Assembly (NCBI GenBank): GCA_964474075.1
Contig: CAYYRO010000001.1
Coordinates: 5,797-61,703, forward strand
DNA from: an uncultured Methylophaga sp.
Lineage (GTDB): Bacteria > Pseudomonadota > Gammaproteobacteria > Nitrosococcales > Methylophagaceae
Length of the DNA: 55,907 nucleotides
Reading direction: 5' to 3'
Positions 34,924 through 46,200 of this stretch are shown here, piece by piece. Each line of letters begins with the position of its first letter. Position 1 is the first letter of the stretch. The position numbers and the translations under genes were made by a program. The notes below the pieces were generated by a model. The model was not told where the DNA came from, did no database searches, and was given only the letters and a program-made list of their open reading frames with translations.

Positions 34924-36069
34924 ATGATATCAACTGAATCAACGCAAAAATCCCCGCTGAGCAACTGGTGGTGGCCACTGTTATTGTTGCTGGCAACCAT
35001 CGGCATTTTAGCTGTCTATCATTCAATGCTGGATGTTTATGAAACCAGCATTCTGATCATGACAGCAATTGCCATGGGCTTTTTAGGCCATTTCTGGCCG
35101 GCTTTTCGCTGGCACAGTATTGCTGTCGCAGTACTCAGTTTATCGGCCTTACAGCTCTATGGTGCTGATTTAAGTCGCGCTGATAATAATTTCTGGCTGC
35201 AATATTTGCTGGCCAGCCAGTCCGCGTTGATGTGGATGAGCGCTTTGTTTTTGGCGGCTACGGTGACTTACTTCACTGGTTTATGGCGGCGTTCTGATTA
35301 TCTGGAAAAAATCGGCACGGTGCTGACCTGGACGGCGACTACCTTTGGTATGACGGGTTTGATGGTGCGCTGGCGGGAAACCCATATGATGGGCGAGGAT
35401 ATTGGCTATATCCCGGTCAGTAATCTTTATGAAGTGTTTATATTATTTGCTGTCGTCACCGCGCTGTTATACCTGTTTTATGAGCGCCGTTATCAGACCC
35501 GTAAACTGGGTGGCTTTGTTTTACTGGTGATTTCTGCAGCAGTATTTTTTCAACTCTGGTACATGTTTGAGCGTAATGCACATGAGATCCAACCGCTGGT
35601 GCCCGCATTACAAAGTTATTGGATGAAGATCCATGTGCCGGCCAATTTTATTGGTTACGGTGCCTTTGCCATGGCGGCCATGATTGGGGTGGCTTATTTA
35701 CTGGTCGCCTGGCGCCATGAAAAAAATCCGGGCAGTTCCTGGGTGCAGGCAATGCCATCGTTAAGCCTGATGGATGATGTCATGTACAAAAGCATTGCAC
35801 TGGGCTTTGCGTTTTTTACCGTGGCAACGATACTCGGTGCTTTATGGGCGGCTGAAGCCTGGGGTGGTTACTGGTCCTGGGATCCTAAAGAAACCTGGGC
35901 GCTGATTGTCTGGTTAAATTACGCTGCCTGGCTGCATATGCGTATGACCAAAGGCTGGAGCGGTGTGCCAATGGCCTGGTGGGCAATCGTTGGTTTGTTC
36001 GTGACCTTATTCGCCTTTTTAGGTGTCAATATGTTCTTATCGGGCCTGCATTCTTATGGCACGTTGTAA
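34924..36069 (+). CDS. ccsA: Cytochrome c biogenesis protein CcsA/ResC (System II)
   Basis: PVSNLYE, LQSYWMKIHV, WGGYWSWDPKETW (WWD domain), SGLHSYG. Confidence 0.93.
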   Translation: MISTESTQKSPLSNWWWPLLLLLATIGILAVYHSMLDVYETSILIMTAIAMGFLGHFWPAFRWHSIAVAVLSLSALQLYGADLSRADNNFWLQYLLASQSALMWMSALFLAATVTYFTGLWRRSDYLEKIGTVLTWTATTFGMTGLMVRWRETHMMGEDIGYIPVSNLYEVFILFAVVTALLYLFYERRYQTRKLGGFVLLVISAAVFFQLWYMFERNAHEIQPLVPALQSYWMKIHVPANFIGYGAFAMAAMIGVAYLLVAWRHEKNPGSSWVQAMPSLSLMDDVMYKSIALGFAFFTVATILGALWAAEAWGGYWSWDPKETWALIVWLNYAAWLHMRMTKGWSGVPMAWWAIVGLFVTLFAFLGVNMFLSGLHSYGTL

Positions 36070-36081
36070 ATAAAGGAAACA

Positions 36082-36720
36082 ATGATGAAAAAAATGATGC
36101 AAACATTACTGCTGTTACCGGCAATGTGGTTGTTACCGCTGGGCGTCAGTGCAGCTGATTATCAACAGGGCCAGCATTATTCAGAAGCCGGCAAACAAAT
36201 GCCGCGTAATGACAATAGCCAAAAAGTACAGGTGGTTGAGCTGTTTTCTTATTCTTGCCCGCATTGTTTCCGACTGGATGCACAGGTTTCGGAATGGAAA
36301 GAAGCATTGCCTGATAATGTTGAGTTTCAGTTAGTGCCAGCGATTTTCCGTGATAGCTGGTTGCAGCTGGCACGTGTGTTTTATGCCGCTGAGCAGACCG
36401 GTGATCTCGAAATGTTGCATCCAAAATTATTCAACGCCATCCATGTTGAAAAACGCCGTTTGACCACAGAAGACGAATTATTGGATTTTGTTGAAGAGCA
36501 GGGTATTGATCGTGAAGCGTTTGCCAAGCAGATGAATTCTTTTGTCGTGCAAACCAGAGTCAAAAAAGCATTGGTCATGAGCCAGACTTCCGGTATTACC
36601 GGTGTTCCGGCGATGATCGTCGATGGTAAGTACCGTACTGATGCACCGCAAGCCGGTAGTCTTGAAGACATGCTGGATGTAGTCGATCATTTGATTGAAA
36701 AAGCGGCTGCTGAAAAATAA
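36082..36720 (+). CDS. dsbA: Thiol:disulfide interchange protein DsbA
   Basis: Signal peptide; ELFSYSCPHC, ITGVP..VDGKY. Confidence 0.93.
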   Translation: MMKKMMQTLLLLPAMWLLPLGVSAADYQQGQHYSEAGKQMPRNDNSQKVQVVELFSYSCPHCFRLDAQVSEWKEALPDNVEFQLVPAIFRDSWLQLARVFYAAEQTGDLEMLHPKLFNAIHVEKRRLTTEDELLDFVEEQGIDREAFAKQMNSFVVQTRVKKALVMSQTSGITGVPAMIVDGKYRTDAPQAGSLEDMLDVVDHLIEKAAAEK

Positions 36721-36740
36721 TCGCCATTTTCATAAGCCAA

Positions 36741-36769
36741 ATAAGCCCGCATCAAGCGGGCTTTTTTAT
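36741..36769. terminator. Intrinsic terminator between dsbA and mltF
   Basis: AAGCCCGC-ATCAA-GCGGGCTT-TTTT. Confidence 0.8.
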
Positions 36770-36774
36770 GCGTG

Positions 36775-38190
36775 TTATAAAGCGGCTGGCAGTGATTTAC
36801 TTGGTCCTGATGGCGGTTCAATCGGGGTGATTTGAGTAGGGTTAACCGTATTGTGTTGCAGCATAATATCGTAATAACGACGGATATTCGCAACGTAGCG
36901 CACTGGCTCATTACCACGCGCATAACCATAGCGGGTTTTTTCAAACCACTCCTTTTGTGTCAGTAGCGGCAGGTTTTCACGAACATCGGTCCAGCGATCG
37001 GGATTACCGCCGTTGGCTTCAGTCAGTATCCGGCCATCTTCCAAGTGGCCCATACCAATATTATAGGCAGCCAGTGCCATCCAGGTCCTATCCGGTTCCT
37101 GAATCCGTTCGGGCAAACGGTCTCGCATTAAATCCAGATAGGCAGCGCCGGCCATGATGCTTTGTTTAGGATCTTTGCGATCTTCAACGCCCATTTCCTC
37201 GGCGGTTGCCCGGGTCAGCATCATTAAACCTTTTACACCGGTACTGGAGACAGCCTGCGGATTCCAGTGTGATTCCTGATAGGCAATCGCGGCCAGTAAT
37301 CGCCAGTCAAAGCCATATTGCTCACTGGCCTGTATAAACCATTCTTGATATGCGGGTAAATGGGTCAGAATGCGGCGGTTAATGGCGCGGCTATCGACAT
37401 AATCAAACCGGCGGATATGACCGTAGTAGCGTTCAATTAACCGATCCAGAAAACCGTTTTCTTCAATCACATCAAAAAAGTTAATAACTTCACGATAAAG
37501 GCTGACATCGCGGCCTTTTTTCAAAGCCCAGGCCAATGGCTGGGGATCAGAAATATCAAAGGCCACACGCAATTCTGGGTAAAGCCCCTGATTCGCAGAC
37601 ATTTCATTAGAATCAGTAATGGTGTAATCAATCAGCTCCAGCTGCAGCAGTTCTAATAACCCCGTGCTGTCGATATCATCATTAGCGACCCAGCTGAGTC
37701 CCGGAACTTCTTTTTGCAGTGTCTGCAGTTGTTCAACATGACTACTGTCGGCAAGTACTTCCAACTGACCATTGCCAAGCTGGGCAATATTACGTGGACG
37801 TTTGGCGCCGTTGCGATAAATTAATTGCTGCGTCACTTCATGATAAACCGGCCCAAAACGCATTTTTTGTTGTCTTTCCGGCGTAACGGTCAGACCGGCA
37901 GCGGCAATATCTGCTTCGCCTTGTTCCAGCATGCGCAGCATTTCGCCAATACTTTCCGGAATGATGATTTTAAGATCAACATTCAGCTGTTCGGCAAATT
38001 GCTGTGCCAGCTCGTATTCAAAACCTGCCAGCTCTTGTGGCGATTTTTGATAATAACTGGTCAGCCCCTGACGACTGACCACACGTAATTCTCCACGATC
38101 CTGAATCTGCTCAAGATGCGTCCGTGCATCATCGCAGGCAGCCAGTACCGTGAGAGAAATAAGCAAAACAAAGAGTTTTTTCAAATGCAT
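36775..38190 (-). CDS. mltF: Membrane-bound lytic murein transglycosylase F
   Basis: SBP domain (GFEYELA) plus SLT domain (YQESHWNP, GLMML, AAYN.G, YGYARG.E); start approximate. Confidence 0.93.
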   Translation of the reverse strand: MHLKKLFVLLISLTVLAACDDARTHLEQIQDRGELRVVSRQGLTSYYQKSPQELAGFEYELAQQFAEQLNVDLKIIIPESIGEMLRMLEQGEADIAAAGLTVTPERQQKMRFGPVYHEVTQQLIYRNGAKRPRNIAQLGNGQLEVLADSSHVEQLQTLQKEVPGLSWVANDDIDSTGLLELLQLELIDYTITDSNEMSANQGLYPELRVAFDISDPQPLAWALKKGRDVSLYREVINFFDVIEENGFLDRLIERYYGHIRRFDYVDSRAINRRILTHLPAYQEWFIQASEQYGFDWRLLAAIAYQESHWNPQAVSSTGVKGLMMLTRATAEEMGVEDRKDPKQSIMAGAAYLDLMRDRLPERIQEPDRTWMALAAYNIGMGHLEDGRILTEANGGNPDRWTDVRENLPLLTQKEWFEKTRYGYARGNEPVRYVANIRRYYDIMLQHNTVNPTQITPIEPPSGPSKSLPAAL

Positions 38191-38314
38191 ACTTTGTTGA
38201 TGATGGCAAAGAATTATCACCTGATAAGGACTGATTTGCATCCTTTTAAGTTTAAGCCGTTAGAGGTGATTGTCGATGGCAGTCGATTAAAGCGCCCGGA
38301 ATTAGCCCACAAAA

Positions 38315-38764
38315 TCAGCGACGCTGACGAAAAAAATCCCGCAGTAGCTGACTGCTCTGTTCAGCCAAAACACCTGACTGGCAGATCACCCGATGATTGA
38401 TATTGGGCAGACTAAACACATCCAGCAAACTGCCGGCAGCTCCTGTTTTAGGTTCACTGGCAGCAAATACCAGTCGTTCAATACGGGCATGAACCAGAGC
38501 GCCGGCGCACATGATGCATGGTTCTAACGTGACATACATGATGGCGCCGGGCAGGCGATAGTTATGCATTTTTTGACACGCGGCTTGCAGGGCAATAATT
38601 TCAGCATGCGCGGTGGCATCGGCGCGGCTGATTGGCTGGTTGAAACCTTCTGCCAGTAATTCATTGTTATGAACAAGGACGGCACCAACAGGCACTTCAC
38701 CAGCAGCTTGTGCCTGCGCCGCCAGATTCAGTGCCTGCTGCATCCAGAAAGCATCATCCGGCAT
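38315..38764 (-). CDS. tadA: tRNA adenosine(34) deaminase
   Basis: GEVPVGA, HAE, TLEPCIMCAGA; next to mltF. Confidence 0.95.
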   Translation of the reverse strand: MPDDAFWMQQALNLAAQAQAAGEVPVGAVLVHNNELLAEGFNQPISRADATAHAEIIALQAACQKMHNYRLPGAIMYVTLEPCIMCAGALVHARIERLVFAASEPKTGAAGSLLDVFSLPNINHRVICQSGVLAEQSSQLLRDFFRQRR

Positions 38765-40025
38765 GCTGGATATGCCGCTGAATCAAATTTAATAAACGCT
38801 GGCTGGCGCCCTGACTTTGTTTGATCAAATCCTGACCGGCTTCGCCCATTTCAGCGCGACGTTTGGGATCGGCAAGTAAACTGATTGTAGTAGTGGCTAA
38901 ATCGGTGCTGCCAGAAACTTTTACTGCCGCGCCGAACTGCAGAAACCGTTCGGTAATCTCAGTGAAATTAAAGTAATGCGGCCCGGTTACAACTGCCCGG
39001 CCCAAAGCCGCCGGTTCCAGTAAATTATGCCCACCATGGGGCACCAGACTGCCACCAATCAAAGCAATATCGGCGGTGGCATAAAATAAAGGCAATTCGC
39101 CCATGGTATCGACTACCAATACCTGTATTGATGACGGACAAGGTTTGTTTTCACTGCGGCGGAGCGTTTTCAGCCCGTTACGCCGACACAAACCGGCGAC
39201 CCGGTCAAAGCGTTCAGGATGGCGGGGCACGATGATCAGTAATAAATCACTAAACTGGCCACGGACTTGTTTGGCAGCATTAAGAATGATTTCTTCTTCA
39301 CCTTCATGGGTGCTCGCAGCAATCCATACCGGCCGGTTACCCCACATTGAGCGCATCACTTCGGCTTGTTCGTTAAGACTGGCCGGCAGGCTGATTTCAT
39401 ATTTAAGATTGCCTACAGCATGCACCCGATCGGCTACTGCGCCCAGCGCTTGAAAACGCTGTCGATCAGCCTGTGTTTGGGTGGCGATTAATGGCAGACT
39501 TTGCAGCATCTGCCGGCTAAATTTGCTAACACGCTGATAGCCTTTAGCGCTGCGGGCAGATAAGCGGGCATTGGCAATGACCAGCGGGATGTTTTGTTGC
39601 TGGCAGGTAATTAATAAATTTGGCCATAACTCGGTTTCCATGATGATGCCAAATTGTGGCTGCATGGCCTTCAGAAAACGGCGAATCGCAAACGGCAAAT
39701 CATAAGGTAAATAACAATGCAGTACTTTGTCGCCAAATAATCTTGTCACACGCTCACTGCCGGTCGGAGTCATCGTAGTGATCAACAATTGATGATTTGG
39801 ATAGCTATTACGCAGACCTTTAATTAAAGGCCGGCTGGCTTCCACTTCACCGACCGAAACGGCATGCACCCAGATAAGCGGTTGACGCACGTTTCTGGTA
39901 GCAATAAAACCAAAACGCTCGTTCCAGCGTTTGAAATAGGCTGGCGACCGCAGGCCACGCCAAATAAGACGCAAACATAAAAACGGGATCGCAAGATAAA
40001 ACAGCAGGGTATAAATCAGCTTCAA
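38754..40025 (-). CDS. waaA: Kdo transferase
   Basis: WVHAVSVGE, ETELWPN, AASTHEGEE, VPRHPERF, GGHNLLEPA. Confidence 0.96.
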   Translation of the reverse strand: MKLIYTLLFYLAIPFLCLRLIWRGLRSPAYFKRWNERFGFIATRNVRQPLIWVHAVSVGEVEASRPLIKGLRNSYPNHQLLITTMTPTGSERVTRLFGDKVLHCYLPYDLPFAIRRFLKAMQPQFGIIMETELWPNLLITCQQQNIPLVIANARLSARSAKGYQRVSKFSRQMLQSLPLIATQTQADRQRFQALGAVADRVHAVGNLKYEISLPASLNEQAEVMRSMWGNRPVWIAASTHEGEEEIILNAAKQVRGQFSDLLLIIVPRHPERFDRVAGLCRRNGLKTLRRSENKPCPSSIQVLVVDTMGELPLFYATADIALIGGSLVPHGGHNLLEPAALGRAVVTGPHYFNFTEITERFLQFGAAVKVSGSTDLATTTISLLADPKRRAEMGEAGQDLIKQSQGASQRLLNLIQRHIQHAG

Positions 40026-40163
40026 AACAGACTCGCAGCATCAAGTTATGGGACGGTGAGTGCCCGGAGCTTGTTTAAGTTCAACTCAGAACAGTGACTA
40101 AGATGAAAGATAAACAAACCGTAAAATGATAGCATAGGCGCAATTTCCCAGCCGATAACCATC

Positions 40164-41078
40164 ATGACAGTTTTGCAAAAACGCTTTTTACATCCACGCT
40201 TTTGGCCCAATTGGCTGGGACTCGGTTTGATGCGCTTGTCGGTGATTCTGCCGACTAGCTGGCAGTTGGCGATTGGTAAAATTATCGGTCAGTTAATGTG
40301 GCGGTTTGCCAAGGACCGGGCGCGGATTGCCCGGCGCAATTTAGAACTGTGTTTTCCTGAATTATCACCGACTGAACGCCAGGATTTACTGCGTCGCAAT
40401 ATGCAGACCATGGGCATGATGCCGCTGGAAACGGCGCTGAGCTGGTGGGCTTCTGATGAGAAATTAGCCAAACGTGTTGATTATCGCGGCCTTGAACATT
40501 TACAGGCGGCGCTGGCCAAAGGTAAAGGTGTGATTTTGCTGACCGGCCACTTTACCAGTATGGAATTGGGCGGCCGGCTGATGATGCTCAAGCAACCAAC
40601 TTATGTGATGTTTCGTGAATTAAAAAGCCCGTTATTTAATGCAGTGATGCTTAAATATCGGCAGTTTCACAGTGAAGGCACGATTTTACAGGCTGATATG
40701 CGTGGCATGCTCAAAGCGCTAAAAAAGAACAAAGTGGTCTGGTATGCGCCGGATCAGGATTTTGGCCGGCGTACCTGTGTATTTGCCAAATTTTTTGGTG
40801 TGCAGGCGGCGACCATACCGGCCACGGCCCGTATCGCCAAAATGAGTGGGGCAGCCGTTGTCCCATACGTGCCGGTTCGCCAGGCCGATGGTCGCTATCT
40901 TATTGATATCAGTCCGGCGCTGGAAAATTATCCGACTGATGATGAACTGGCCGATGCCCAGCGCATCAATGATTGGATTGAGTCGCAGGTCAGACAGTCA
41001 CCGGAACAATATTTATGGGTACATCGCCGTTTTAAGACCCAGCCAGAAGGCAAAGGCGAGCTGTATAAACGGCGTTAA
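40164..41078 (+). CDS. lpxL: Lipid A late acyltransferase (LpxL/LpxP family)
   Basis: FLHPRFW, GHFTSME, YAPDQDFG, PEQYLWVHRRFKT. Confidence 0.92.
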   Translation: MTVLQKRFLHPRFWPNWLGLGLMRLSVILPTSWQLAIGKIIGQLMWRFAKDRARIARRNLELCFPELSPTERQDLLRRNMQTMGMMPLETALSWWASDEKLAKRVDYRGLEHLQAALAKGKGVILLTGHFTSMELGGRLMMLKQPTYVMFRELKSPLFNAVMLKYRQFHSEGTILQADMRGMLKALKKNKVVWYAPDQDFGRRTCVFAKFFGVQAATIPATARIAKMSGAAVVPYVPVRQADGRYLIDISPALENYPTDDELADAQRINDWIESQVRQSPEQYLWVHRRFKTQPEGKGELYKRR

Positions 41079-41380
41079 AGCCAACTGTCGGGCGTGAAAC
41101 TGTAGCTAATTATCAGCGATTCTGAGCCGGGATTATTTTTGGCCAAATCGGCATTGGACATATACAGCGTCACAGAAAGCTTTGAGGAAAGAGAAAAGCG
41201 ATAACCCATTTCCAGACCGCTGCGAAATAAAAAGCCCGCTGCCCAAATCAGTGCCACCACCATCCTGATAAGCCACCAGAACCAATTGCGGTGTTAACAG
41301 CCAGTTTTCGCTGAGTACAAATTCATATCTTAATCCAGCATGTGTGCCCAATAACCACCATCATGAATAAACTGCTGGCC
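41075..41380 (-). pseudogene. Decayed PagL-like / acyloxyacyl hydrolase outer-membrane deacylase remnant
   Basis: Three frames splice into DGGYWAHAGLRYE..LTPQL..YQDGGGTDLGSGFLFRSGLEMGYRF..LSVTLY-MSNADL..NNPGSESL.ISYSF. Two frameshifts and no 5' half. Confidence 0.7.
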
Positions 41381-41407
41381 AAAAAAAGCCACCCAGTGGG
41401 TGGCTTT
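41381..41407 (-). terminator. Terminator of rplM-rpsI
   Basis: AAAGCCACCC-ACT-GGGTGGCTTT-TTTT. Confidence 0.85.
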
Positions 41408-41431
41408 AAAAGTGGTGCATTTTGCCAACAA

Positions 41432-41821
41432 TTAACGTTTAGAGAATTGTGGTCTCTTACGGGCTTTATGCAGACCGATTTTCTTACGTTCAACGGCACG
41501 CGCATCACGGGTGATAAAGCCAGCTTTACGTAATTCAGTTTTCAATTCGCTGTCCAGTTCAACCAGTGCACGGCTGATACCGTGACGGATAGCACCGGCT
41601 TGACCGTTGTTACCACCACCACGAACAGTGATTTTCAGATCGACTTTGTCGAGCATTTCTACCAGTTCCAGCGGCTGACGTACGACCATGCGTGACGTTT
41701 CACGACCGAAGTAATCTTCAAGTGTGCGGGTATTGATTGAAATGCTACCGGTACCTGGTTTCAGAAAAACCCGGGCGGTAGAACTTTTGCGGCGGCCTGT
41801 TGCGTAATATAAATCTGCCAT
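41432..41821 (-). CDS. rpsI: 30S ribosomal protein S9
   Basis: [30 protein letters not shown]. Confidence 0.99.
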   Translation of the reverse strand: MADLYYATGRRKSSTARVFLKPGTGSISINTRTLEDYFGRETSRMVVRQPLELVEMLDKVDLKITVRGGGNNGQAGAIRHGISRALVELDSELKTELRKAGFITRDARAVERKKIGLHKARKRPQFSKR

Positions 41822-41833
41822 AACGATATCCGA

Positions 41834-42262
41834 TTAAATTTCCAGCATTTGAGGTTGTTGGGCAACGTGAGGATGTTCACTGCCAGCATATACTTTCAGT
41901 TTGCTGAACATCGCGCGACCCAGAGGGTTTTTCGGCAACATGCCTTTGACCGCAGACTGGATAACACGCTCAGGTGCTTTGTCCAGCTGTTTTGCCAGAG
42001 AAATAGACTTGATACCGCCGATGTGACCGGTGTGGTGGTAGTAGATTTTGTCTTGCATCTTATTACCAGAAACACGCAGTTTTTCAGCATTAATCACGAC
42101 GATATAATCACCGGTATCAACATGTGGCGTGTAGATCGGTTTATGTTTGCCACGCAGACGTCGGGCAATTTCGGTCGCCATGCGACCCAGCGTTTTGCCG
42201 TTGGCGTCGATAACGAACCAGTCACGACGAACTTCGGCTGGTTTAGCACTAATGGTTTTCAT
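41834..42262 (-). CDS. rplM: 50S ribosomal protein L13
   Basis: [36 protein letters not shown]. Confidence 0.99.
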   Translation of the reverse strand: MKTISAKPAEVRRDWFVIDANGKTLGRMATEIARRLRGKHKPIYTPHVDTGDYIVVINAEKLRVSGNKMQDKIYYHHTGHIGGIKSISLAKQLDKAPERVIQSAVKGMLPKNPLGRAMFSKLKVYAGSEHPHVAQQPQMLEI

Positions 42263-42314
42263 TCCGCGGGTTGCTCCTGAAAAAATACGCAGGCGGTCTA
42301 AATAAAGAGGGAGA

Positions 42315-42343
42315 ATATTACGGATTCAGGCAGTCACTGTCAA
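42315..42343 (-). promoter_or_regulatory. Sigma70 promoter of rplM-rpsI
   Basis: TTGACA-17 nt-TAATAT. Confidence 0.75.
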
Positions 42344-42349
42344 CTGCAT

Positions 42350-43147
42350 TTACAGAAACAACCACAGCAGGATTGCCCCGAGAATCAAACGATAGATAAC
42401 AAACGGCCACATGCCGATACGTTCCAGTAATTTCAGGAAAATGACAATGCATAAATAGGCACTGACCGCTGAAAATGCTGCGCCATAAAATAGAACCATC
42501 CAATCCGTATTTGTATCGGCCACAATCAATTCAGTTGTTTTCAGCGTACCCGCCAAAAACGTGACCGGAATCGATAATAAAAATGAAAATCGTGCTGCGG
42601 CCTGGCGCGTTAAACCGAGCATCAAGCCGGCAGTCATAGTAATACCACTGCGTGAGGTGCCGGGGATCAGAGATATCGCCTGGGCAACGCCGATAAATAA
42701 AATATCCTGCCAGCGAAGACTATGCTCATCACGTACCCGTTTGCCTTGCCAGTCAGCCCAGCCAAGTAATAAACCAAAACCAATCGTTGTTGCCGCAATA
42801 ACAAGCGGATCACGCAGCGAAAATTCGATAGCATCATTAAAAAGCAGGCCGACAAGTCCTACCGGAATGGTGCCAAGACCAATAGCCCAAGCTAATTTAC
42901 TGTCACCTACCGTTTGTTTCAGTTGAATGGAACGAAACCAATCATTAATTAAAGTGCGCAGTTGCTGGCGAAAATAAAAGATTACTGCCAGCAATGTGCC
43001 AATATGTACTGCAACATCAAACGCCAGACCCTGATCCTCCCAGCCTGCGAGGATGGGCAATAAAATCAGATGCGCCGAGCTGGAAATGGGCAGAAACTCA
43101 GTCAGGCCCTGTAAAACTGCCAGAGCAATAATTTGCAGAAAATCCAT
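42350..43147 (-). CDS. uppP: Undecaprenyl-diphosphatase
   Basis: QGLTEFLPISSSAH, PGTSRSG, AARFSFLLSIP. Confidence 0.97.
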   Translation of the reverse strand: MDFLQIIALAVLQGLTEFLPISSSAHLILLPILAGWEDQGLAFDVAVHIGTLLAVIFYFRQQLRTLINDWFRSIQLKQTVGDSKLAWAIGLGTIPVGLVGLLFNDAIEFSLRDPLVIAATTIGFGLLLGWADWQGKRVRDEHSLRWQDILFIGVAQAISLIPGTSRSGITMTAGLMLGLTRQAAARFSFLLSIPVTFLAGTLKTTELIVADTNTDWMVLFYGAAFSAVSAYLCIVIFLKLLERIGMWPFVIYRLILGAILLWLFL

Positions 43148-43277
43148 GAAATGGCTGGTCTCTATAGTTAACGCACGAAAAGCATTGTATTTAGTAAGTC
43201 TTCTATTATCCGGCTTCGTGTTAAAATTTGCGACTTGTCTTTTTTAATACCGTCCAATAAGGATTAGCCGAACCGCT

Positions 43278-46200
43278 ATGTCAACCCGAATACGCGAAAT
43301 TCCCTACAACTACACCTCTTTCTCAGATCGCGAAATTGTCATTCGCTATATGGGTGAGCCGATGTGGGACATTCTGCAGCAATTGCGTGAACAGCGTAAA
43401 ACCGGCCGCAGCGCCAAGATGCTCTTTGAAGTGCTCGGTGATATGTGGGTGATTACGCGTAATCCTTTTATTCAGGATGATTTAGTTGAAAACAGCAAAC
43501 GGTGGGGTTCGCTGCGGCATGCTTTGCATCATCGGCTGGATCAAATCCGCAATCGTGCTACGCAAAATGAAAATCATCTGGCATTGCAACTGGAGCAAGC
43601 TGCGCGGACTGCCGTTGAAAAATTTGAACGGGATCTGCTGGCAACGGCAGAACGCCGCAAATTAGTGTTACGTAAACTGAGCCGGACCACCAAAAGACAC
43701 AACATTAAGTTTGATGGTTTGTCTCGGGTCAGTCATGTCACTGATGCCACCGACTGGCGGGTAGAGTTTCCACTGGCCGTTATTACGCCGGACACTGAAG
43801 CGGAAATGGCGGCAATTATTGCGGCTTGTATCGAACTGGGACTGACGGTTATTCCGCGTGGTGGTGGTACCGGTTATACCGGCGGCGCGATTCCGTTGAC
43901 TGCTGACAGTGTGGTGATCAATACCGAAAAGCTGGAAGGGCTGGGTGCTGTTGAGTTTCGCCAATTACCGGGACGTGATGATCAGGTTGCCACAGTGCGC
44001 GCTGAAGCGGGTGTCGTGACACGCCGGGTATCTGATTTGGCTGGTAAGAATGGTCTGGTATTTGCCGTCGATCCGACCTCACAAGATGCCTCCACTATTG
44101 GCGGTAACGTTGCTATGAATGCCGGTGGTAAAAAAGCCGTCATGTGGGGTACTGCGCTCGATAATCTGGTGTCATGGAGAATGGTGACGCCCGACGCAAC
44201 CTGGATGGAGGTCGAGCGCCTTAATCACAATATGGGCAAGATCCACGATATTGAAATGGCTGAATTTAAGATCAGCCGTTTCCAGCCCGATGGCAAAACG
44301 CTGCTTGAAGAACCGGAAGTCATTCGGATCCCGGCGCGTGAATTACGCAAACTGGGTCTTGGTAAAGACGTAACCAATAAATTCCTCGGTGGTCTGCCGG
44401 GCATACAAAAAGAAGGCTGTGACGGCCTGATTACTTCTTCTGTATTCGTGTTACACCGGATGCCGGATTACATCCGCACCGTTTGTCTGGAATTTTTCGG
44501 CAATGACTTAAGCAAAGCGGTGCCGGCGATTGTTGAGACCAAAAACTATCTCGACAGCAACAAAAAAATCCTGCTGGCCGGTATGGAGCATCTTGATGAG
44601 CGTTACGTAAAAGCCGTTGATTACAGCACAAAAGCACCGCGTAGCGTGCCGCCAAAAATGGTGCTGCTGATTGATATTGTCGGTGATGATGAAAATGCCG
44701 TCGCCGAAGCGTGCTCAGAAGTTGTACGTTTATCCAATGCCCGCGACGGCGAAGGTTTTGTCGCGGTCAGTCCTGAAGCACGGGCACGCTTCTGGGCTGA
44801 TCGGGCCCGCACCGCGGCGATTGCCAAACATACCAATGCCTTCAAAATTAATGAAGACGTGGTTATTCCTCTGGAACGGTTATCGGAATATAACGATGGT
44901 ATTGAGCGCATTAATATCGTCCAGTCGACCCGGAACAAATTGCAGACTGCTGATGCGGTGCTCGCCTATTTGCAAAGTCAGCCCAAAGAGCTGAAACAAA
45001 CGGCCAAAAAGCTTGATGACAGCGCTGAGAATGATGCCATTCTCAAGTCAAAAATTGACACGGCCTGTCAGCATTTGCAGGTGGTTAAAGCCCGCTGGCA
45101 GCAGGTGTTAGACAGTCTTGATACAGCAGCGGTAGAGCTGGGTGACTTGCTGTCTGACGATGCGAAAGCCGCAGTAAACGAAGGGGATACGCTGTTCCGT
45201 GTTTTACAGCGTCGTGATCTGCGGATTTCTTATCGTCAGGAAGTCGAAAAACCGCTTAAAGAATTATTCCAGGGCCAGGCTTTGGAGGCGCTGCGTAATA
45301 AACTGGATGAAGTGCACGCCGAAAACCGCTCCAGCCGGTTGTTTGTGGCCACCCACATGCATGCCGGTGACGGTAATGTGCATACCAATATTCCGGTCAA
45401 TTCCAACGACTATAAGATGATGCATGAAGCTGAGCGCATCGTTGATCAGGTAATGGCGCTGGCTGACAAACTGGGCGGTGTTATTTCCGGTGAACATGGT
45501 ATTGGTCTGACCAAAATGCAGTATCTGGACAAAGCCACCATTGACGCTTTTGCCGGCTACAAACAAAAAGTTGATCCAAATGGCCGCTTTAATGCCGGTA
45601 AATTACTGGCAGGCTCCGGATTGGATAATGCCTACACGCCGTCACTGCGTTTGTTGCAGCAGGAAGCGCTGATCCTGGAAGCCAGTGAACTTGGCGAAAT
45701 CAACAACGACATCAAGGATTGCCTGCGCTGCGGTAAATGCAAACCCGAATGTACGACGCATGTACCACGTGCCAATCTATATTACTCACCGCGTGACAAG
45801 ATCCTCGGCACCGGTCTTATCATGGAGGCATTCCTCTATGAAGAGCAGACCCGGCGCGGGATTTCGGTAAGGCATTTTGATGAAATGAATGATGTCGCCG
45901 ATCACTGCACTATTTGTCATCGCTGTCTGAATCCTTGCCCGGTGAATATCGACTTTGGTGATGTCACCATGAAAATGCGCGCCGTGCTGAAAAAGCAGGG
46001 CAAACGTAATTTCAGTGTCGGCACCCTGAGTGCAATGGCTTATCTGAATGCCAAAGATCCACTGACTGTAAAAATAATGCACAAAACATTGGTACAGATG
46101 GGTGCTAAAGCGCAGCGTCTGGCTCATGGTGCGGCGAAATACATGGGGCTGCTGGCGAACAGCAAGAAAAAACGGCCCCTGCCGACCACCGGTAAAACAC

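Noticed and set aside
41849-42280. 143-aa ORF antisense to rplM
   Set aside because: Shadow frame of a highly codon-biased ribosomal gene; no RBS or recognisable motifs.
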